Source: an archaeon (GTDB lineage: Archaea; Nanobdellota; Nanobdellia; Pacearchaeales; GW2011-AR1). Taken from it: 35,409 nucleotides of DNA. The notes beneath the pieces were generated by a model. That model made no database searches. It worked only from the letters and a program-made list of their open reading frames with translations, and was not told where the DNA came from. Below, in pieces: positions 31,115 through 35,409 of the stretch (its first letter is position 1; each line of letters opens with the position of its first letter). Where the stretch lies: contig JALOQH010000001.1 in the NCBI GenBank assembly GCA_025453475.1, positions 1-35,409 of the forward strand, given 5' to 3'. The translations under genes and the position numbers were made by a program.

Positions 31115-31141
31115 TGTTGTACCCATTTAAGAGTTACAACA
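31115..31141. promoter_or_regulatory. inverted repeat TGTTGTA-N13-TACAACA just upstream of the TrmB-like TATA element (candidate operator, or terminator of the presenilin-like gene)
   Basis: The 7-bp arms at 31115..31121 and 31135..31141 were read from the sequence. Confidence 0.3.
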
Positions 31142-31202
31142 AATAGGAGGTTTTAAGAAGGGGGGATTTGGCTTTTAAACGCAGGTATTGGTATTTTGGA
31201 GA

Positions 31203-32099
31203 TTAATACAGATACTGCAAGGTGTAGATGATACCTAGGGCTATAAAGCACCCCGCGGTAATGAAAGGCATTGCAGGATAGAACTTTCCTTTCTTGGAGA
31301 TGTAGAATAGGAATGAGAGGGCAGCTGTGGCTCCAAGCGTTACCATGAATGCACTAAGCAGTCCGAACTGGCGGAAGACAACGCCTGCCAGAATCATTGG
31401 GAAGACAACGTCACCTCCCCCAAGAATCGCAAGACTGATTTTTATCTTCTTAAGCCTCGTCTTTTTGCGCTTTGATTTTGAAGCATTTTTTATCATATCG
31501 CGCTCTTTCTTTCCAATATACGGCACAAAGAACCCAGAGAATAACTTAAGTTTCTGAATCTGATATTTTGCCATTTTCTGCATGAAACCAGAATGCCAGA
31601 CCGCGTACATGTCGTAGAGCGATATTAGAATGAGGAGAAGCGCAACTGTCCAGAGATTAAGGAGAGGTATGAAAATAACAGCTATTCCAGGATATATCAG
31701 GAGTTCTGTGAGGTTATGCACGAGAATATTTCTTCTGAATATCTTGATAAATGCGAGCGGAAGCGCAATAATCAGAGAGACTATGGCTGCATACGGCAAT
31801 CCAATTAACGCGGCGTTTGCGGTAATTGCGATTGCCAGCACTACTACCAGAAAGAACCATATTCTGAGAAGAAGTTCTGCATTAAATTTCATTAGGAAGA
31901 GCATAATAACAACTGCGAATATCACTGCAGTGACTATTGAAAAGAGGCTGGTTTTAGGATCTATGTCCTTCGGAGGGCTCATCCCATAGGGAATGTTGTC
32001 GTTTTGTGTGAAATATACCTGAGTTACAGCCAAACCAATGAGCTGGGTAAAGAAGAACATGCCCAGAAGAAGCGCAACAATTTTTATGGAGTGTTTCAT
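31203..32099 (-). CDS. presenilin / signal-peptide-peptidase-like intramembrane aspartyl protease (A22, GxGD type)
   Basis: The protein is polytopic. It has the YD motif (ISLYDMYAVW), the GxGD motif (LGGGDVVFPMILAG) and a PAL-like motif (YPAMPFITAG). A basic loop lies between the catalytic TMs. Confidence 0.85.
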   Translation of the reverse strand: MKHSIKIVALLLGMFFFTQLIGLAVTQVYFTQNDNIPYGMSPPKDIDPKTSLFSIVTAVIFAVVIMLFLMKFNAELLLRIWFFLVVVLAIAITANAALIGLPYAAIVSLIIALPLAFIKIFRRNILVHNLTELLIYPGIAVIFIPLLNLWTVALLLILISLYDMYAVWHSGFMQKMAKYQIQKLKLFSGFFVPYIGKKERDMIKNASKSKRKKTRLKKIKISLAILGGGDVVFPMILAGVVFRQFGLLSAFMVTLGATAALSFLFYISKKGKFYPAMPFITAGCFIALGIIYTLQYLY

Positions 32100-32119
32100 G
32101 ATTCTTTTAAGGTATTGGA

Positions 32120-34012
32120 TTATTTCAATCTTATTGTCTCTAGATTCTTTGGAACATTGGTTTCAATCTTATTTAATCGGTATAACGAAGAAGCGAGGTC
32201 GAGGCATTTTGAAGCTTCTCCGTGATTGACTATTATCTTCTTTGGGCGTGGCGTCATTCTGCTTATGTACTGCACAAGCTCATTTCTGCCTGAGTGTGAT
32301 GAGAGTCCGGAAAGAGTTTCGACGCGCATCTTAACTTCCACTTTTTCCCCGCTGCCCTCTGAGGTCAGATAGACTTCTTTTGCTCCTTCCTGAACCTGGC
32401 GGCCAAGTGCATTTGGCGCCTGGTAACAAGTAAAAACAATAAGGTTGTTGGGGTTGTCTGCAAAATGCTTGAAATATTCCACTGAAGCGCCCCCGACAAG
32501 CATGCCTGATGTTGCGATTATGATGCACGGTCCGCCCTCAATTACTTCCTGTCTTTCTGCAGGGCTGCCGATTCTCTTGAAGATATCTGAAAGGAACGGA
32601 TTATTATCCTGGAAAATCTGATTTCTTACAGAATTGCTAAGAAAGTCAGGATAAGCTGTGTGAATTGCAGTTATGTCCCAGACCATTCCGTCAAGATAAA
32701 CAGGAACTTTTGGAAGCTCGCCGAGGCGGATTGCTTCTTCAACCCTTAGAACTGTTTCCTGCGCATGCCCAAGCCCCAGCTCAGGAAGAAGTATTTTTCC
32801 CTTCTTCTTTATTGTTTCATTTGCCAGCTCAATAAATTTGTTTTCTGTCTCGTTTCTTGGTGGGAGCACGTCGTCTTTTGACCCATAGGTGGATTCCATA
32901 ATCACTGTCTCAACTCTTGGAAAATGATTAACTGCGGGGTCAAGAAGCCTTGTTTTCAGGTATTTTGTATCCCCTCCGTAGACTAAGTTGTGCAGTCCAT
33001 TTCCGACATTTATGTGCACCTGAGCAGAACCAAGAACATGCCCTGCATTGTAGAGTGTTATTCTTATATCCGGCGTTATGTCTGTAACTTCCCCGTAATC
33101 CAAACAAACCGAATGACGGACCATCTCCTTGATATCTTCTGCGCGGTAGAGCGGAGAAGCTGCCTGCTTGAACGCAACACCGACAAAATCAAGAGCTGAA
33201 AGGGCCGCGATATCCCTTGTCGGCGCAGTCATGTAAACCGGCCCCTTGTAACCCATCTTATAAAGATATGGAATTAATCCTGAATGGTCGAGATGTGCGT
33301 GCGTTAGAATAATTGCATCAATTGTATTGATATCCCCAATTTCAGAGATATCAAGATAGGGGAATTTATCCGGGCCCTCAGTTATTGCGGGATTTATGCC
33401 GCAGTCTAAAATGACCTTGGATTTCGGAGTGTGCAGAAGCAGACAAGAACGTCCAACCTGGCGCCCTGCTCCGAGGCAAGTAACTCTTACCCAGAGGTCC
33501 ATCTTTTCTGAAGTCCAGTCCGTGTATATCTTTCTGCCAATGTCATTAAGGAATTTCCTTCTGTAGTTGTTGTTTGCATATAGAACTGAACGTATTTTTT
33601 CTGTGATTTTTGACGGGATTGCCGGGCTTCTCTGAACAACAGTTGACCACATTGTTGATTTCTTGATATCATTTAGAATAGAGCCCTGCTTTCCGATAAC
33701 CATTCCCGGCTTTTTTGCCTCTATGATTACGGTGCTCCTCTGGACATCAAATATTATGTTGGTTATTTCTGCTTCTTCCGGCACGATTCCTCTGATGGTC
33801 TTCTCAGTTTCATCTTCCGGCGCAAGAATTGCTGTCTCTGCACGAAGTTCTATCCTCTTCTTTATCTTATCGACAATCTCTTTTATTTTTGATTCGCCTG
33901 TCTTGAAGAATTCCTTGTTGTTCGTATAGAGAACAATATTTGCCCCTTCAAAAGCAGCATCGCTAACAAGTTTCGGTATCTCGTCCTTAATGCTCTTCAA
34001 AATATCTGCCAT
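32120..34012 (-). CDS. fttA: aCPSF1 / FttA: KH-domain beta-CASP metallo-beta-lactamase ribonuclease (transcription termination factor)
   Basis: N-terminal KH domains are present (GMVIGKQGSILNDIK). The MBL motif is ILTHAHLDHSGLIPYL, and beta-CASP blocks follow. The start was set at the ATG at 34012 (MADILKSIKDE), 13 nt after the proteasome stop. The track's 34063 start would overlap psmB. Confidence 0.95.
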   Translation of the reverse strand: MADILKSIKDEIPKLVSDAAFEGANIVLYTNNKEFFKTGESKIKEIVDKIKKRIELRAETAILAPEDETEKTIRGIVPEEAEITNIIFDVQRSTVIIEAKKPGMVIGKQGSILNDIKKSTMWSTVVQRSPAIPSKITEKIRSVLYANNNYRRKFLNDIGRKIYTDWTSEKMDLWVRVTCLGAGRQVGRSCLLLHTPKSKVILDCGINPAITEGPDKFPYLDISEIGDINTIDAIILTHAHLDHSGLIPYLYKMGYKGPVYMTAPTRDIAALSALDFVGVAFKQAASPLYRAEDIKEMVRHSVCLDYGEVTDITPDIRITLYNAGHVLGSAQVHINVGNGLHNLVYGGDTKYLKTRLLDPAVNHFPRVETVIMESTYGSKDDVLPPRNETENKFIELANETIKKKGKILLPELGLGHAQETVLRVEEAIRLGELPKVPVYLDGMVWDITAIHTAYPDFLSNSVRNQIFQDNNPFLSDIFKRIGSPAERQEVIEGGPCIIIATSGMLVGGASVEYFKHFADNPNNLIVFTCYQAPNALGRQVQEGAKEVYLTSEGSGEKVEVKMRVETLSGLSSHSGRNELVQYISRMTPRPKKIIVNHGEASKCLDLASSLYRLNKIETNVPKNLETIRLK

Positions 34013-34025
34013 TTTCCAATAAGTT

Positions 34026-34679
34026 TTACTTGTATTCAGCAACGATTTCTTCAGAAACCACATGCTTTATTCCGTCTTTTGTTATCGTAAATACATCTAT
34101 CCCATTTCCAGATGCGGAGTCTCTTTGTGTTGAGGATTTGAGCGCCTCTTTTGCAAGCTCAACTCCATCCTTAACTGACATGTCTCTTTTGTACTGTCTT
34201 TCCAATAAACCCAGGATGTAAGGCATGCCTGAAGAGAAGTTTGCATCATAGTCATTGACTTTTACTGCGCTCCCGCCAGGCTCGATAGTATACAGTTCCG
34301 TGGATTCGTCTTCATTAACCCCTGCGATTAGTGTCCCGACAATGCTCGGAATCATCGCGGGAGTTCTGATGTTTCGGTATGTCATCATTGCAAGAAGATG
34401 TGCTGCTTCTTTTACAGTTGGACGGGTTTTTGTCTTTAGCTCTTTTAGACGGAGTTCAGCTGCAATTACCTTGTGGGTAAGCTGGGCATCTGCGACTCCC
34501 CCGGTCCATGAGGTAAGTATGTAGTTGTTGACAGGTATAACTTTTCTAGTGTCTTTGCTCAAAACAAGGTTTCCGGCTGTTGCTCTTCTGTCAGCACCCA
34601 TTACAATCCCGTCCTTGCAGACAATTCCTACAAGTGATGTGTTTGATTTCAGTATATTCTTGCTAATATCCTCATTCAT
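34026..34679 (-). CDS. psmB: proteasome subunit beta
   Basis: The pattern matches an Ntn-hydrolase beta subunit: TSLVGIVCKDGIVMGADRRATAGNLVLSKDTRK (Thr1, Asp17, Lys33) and RDSASGNGIDV. Confidence 0.95.
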   Translation of the reverse strand: MNEDISKNILKSNTSLVGIVCKDGIVMGADRRATAGNLVLSKDTRKVIPVNNYILTSWTGGVADAQLTHKVIAAELRLKELKTKTRPTVKEAAHLLAMMTYRNIRTPAMIPSIVGTLIAGVNEDESTELYTIEPGGSAVKVNDYDANFSSGMPYILGLLERQYKRDMSVKDGVELAKEALKSSTQRDSASGNGIDVFTITKDGIKHVVSEEIVAEYK

Positions 34680-34696
34680 CTTAAGAAGTTAGAACC

Positions 34697-34707
34697 TCTA
34701 TAAATCT
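34697..34707 (-). promoter_or_regulatory. putative TATA element, promoter of psmB-aCPSF1
   Basis: The minus-strand sequence AGATTTATAGA is centred about 23-25 nt upstream of the ATG at 34679. Confidence 0.45.
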
Positions 34708-34740
34708 TTGATATAAAAATAGTATTTAAGGTTTTTGCTT

Positions 34741-35409
34741 TTAGAGAACAGGGGACTCTATTGAAGAGAGATTTGCATCTTTCTTAAGCCTGACTACGCT
34801 ATCGACAAAACCCTCTATTTTTTGCTCGTGGCTGACTATTACCAGCTGCCCGACATCAATCTCGTGAAGGACGTCGCGGAGTTTATCCAGCTGGAATTCA
34901 GAGAATCCGTCTGTTGGCTCGTCAAGAATGATTATGTCCCTTGTTTTTATGTTGCTCAAGACAGAGTTAATTGTCTGATTAAGAGCCAGACGGTATGCCA
35001 ATGCAATTGCTGTCCTCTCGCCTCCAGAAAGGAAAGAATACTCCATCTCTGTCTCGCCCTGCACAATCAGCGGGGTAAAGTTCTCGTCAAGATGAACATC
35101 GAATGATTCGCCTGCGAGAAGATGGAACCATTTCCCAAAGAGTCTTGCAAACTCCATTCTAAGCTTAATCATGACATTTCTTTCTATATAATTGATAAGC
35201 GATGAAAACTGGTTGGAAAGCCAGTCGCTGATATCCAGAATTCTGGCAAGTTTTAGCCTTGATGTTTCTTTCTCCTGTATCTGTTTCTCGAGAACAAGTA
35301 TCTCCCTGTGCATGAGTTCTTTTTCCTTCTTGAATTCTGCAAGTGAAATCTCGCACTTTTTCTCATCGTTGAATGCGCGCTCCAAATCAAGCTGTTTTAC
35401 GCGATAGAG
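34741..35409 (-). CDS. rad50: Rad50 (SMC-like DNA double-strand-break repair ATPase), C-terminal part; the ORF continues beyond the window
   Basis: The signature motif is FLSGGERTAIALAYRLAL. Walker B is IIILDEPTDGFS. The H-loop is LVIVSHE. A coiled-coil segment precedes them. The frame stays open to position 35409 (LYRVKQLDLERAF...). Confidence 0.9.
   Translation of the reverse strand, partial: LYRVKQLDLERAFNDEKKCEISLAEFKKEKELMHREILVLEKQIQEKETSRLKLARILDISDWLSNQFSSLINYIERNVMIKLRMEFARLFGKWFHLLAGESFDVHLDENFTPLIVQGETEMEYSFLSGGERTAIALAYRLALNQTINSVLSNIKTRDIIILDEPTDGFSEFQLDKLRDVLHEIDVGQLVIVSHEQKIEGFVDSVVRLKKDANLSSIESPVL

Noticed and set aside
31203-32099. Calling this ORF the missing prepilin peptidase (A24)
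   Set aside because: The motif context (YDMYAVW, GGGDVVFP, PAMP, long basic loop) matches presenilin/SPP (A22). It does not match the PibD/FlaK pattern, which has no GGGD-V-K-type context and no N-terminal Asp-containing cytoplasmic loop of that family.
1-35409. CRISPR arrays, transposases/integrases, prophage or defence-island signatures
   Set aside because: Reading both strands, I found no regularly spaced direct repeats, no DDE/tyrosine/serine recombinase-like ORFs and no terminal inverted repeats. Gene content is housekeeping plus surface and pilus genes.

Overview
This is an AT-rich, extremely gene-dense archaeal fragment. Most spacers are under 50 nt, and many genes show 1-8 nt stop/start or stop/stop overlaps. 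The content suggests a small-genome, DPANN-type archaeon, but that is inference: no searches could be run. No rRNA, tRNA, CRISPR array, transposase or integrase was recognised.

Gene content from left to right:
- 1-6.9 kb (-): the S10/spc ribosomal-protein operon, ordered uL3-uL4-uL23-uL2-uS19-uL22-uS3-uL29-aIF1/SUI1-uS17-[67-aa membrane micro-ORF]-uL14-uL24-eS4-uL5'.
- 7.1-9.5 kb: a divergent pair, PCNA and a single-chain PriS/PriL-like primase.
- 9.9-14.8 kb: a surface-protein island. It holds an alpha/alpha-toroid-repeat protein and a second protein that share a Cys-rich juxtamembrane module, plus a membrane-anchored SNase-LTD nuclease with an overlapping acidic anchored partner.
- 14.9 kb: thioredoxin reductase.
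- 15.9-27.0 kb: a type IV pilus-like, non-archaellum locus. It has five pilin-like genes, a FlaI/PilB-type ATPase, an unannotated 53-aa ORF and a platform split into two T2SS-F genes. An FmrO/Rmt-like 16S rRNA methyltransferase is inserted on the opposite strand. Two orphan anchored surface proteins follow, one with a triple 'NAH' repeat and one of 909 aa with a PKD domain.
- 27.0-28.7 kb: a tightly packed cassette of GTPase, 2-TM micro-protein, DUF2073-like protein and Zn-ribbon protein.
- 28.7-35.4 kb: CCA-adding enzyme, TrmB-family regulator, presenilin-like GxGD protease, aCPSF1/FttA, proteasome beta and the C-terminal part of Rad50.

A recurrent TATA-like element centred about 25 nt upstream of first-gene ATGs implies mostly leaderless transcripts. 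I used it to refine several start codons.
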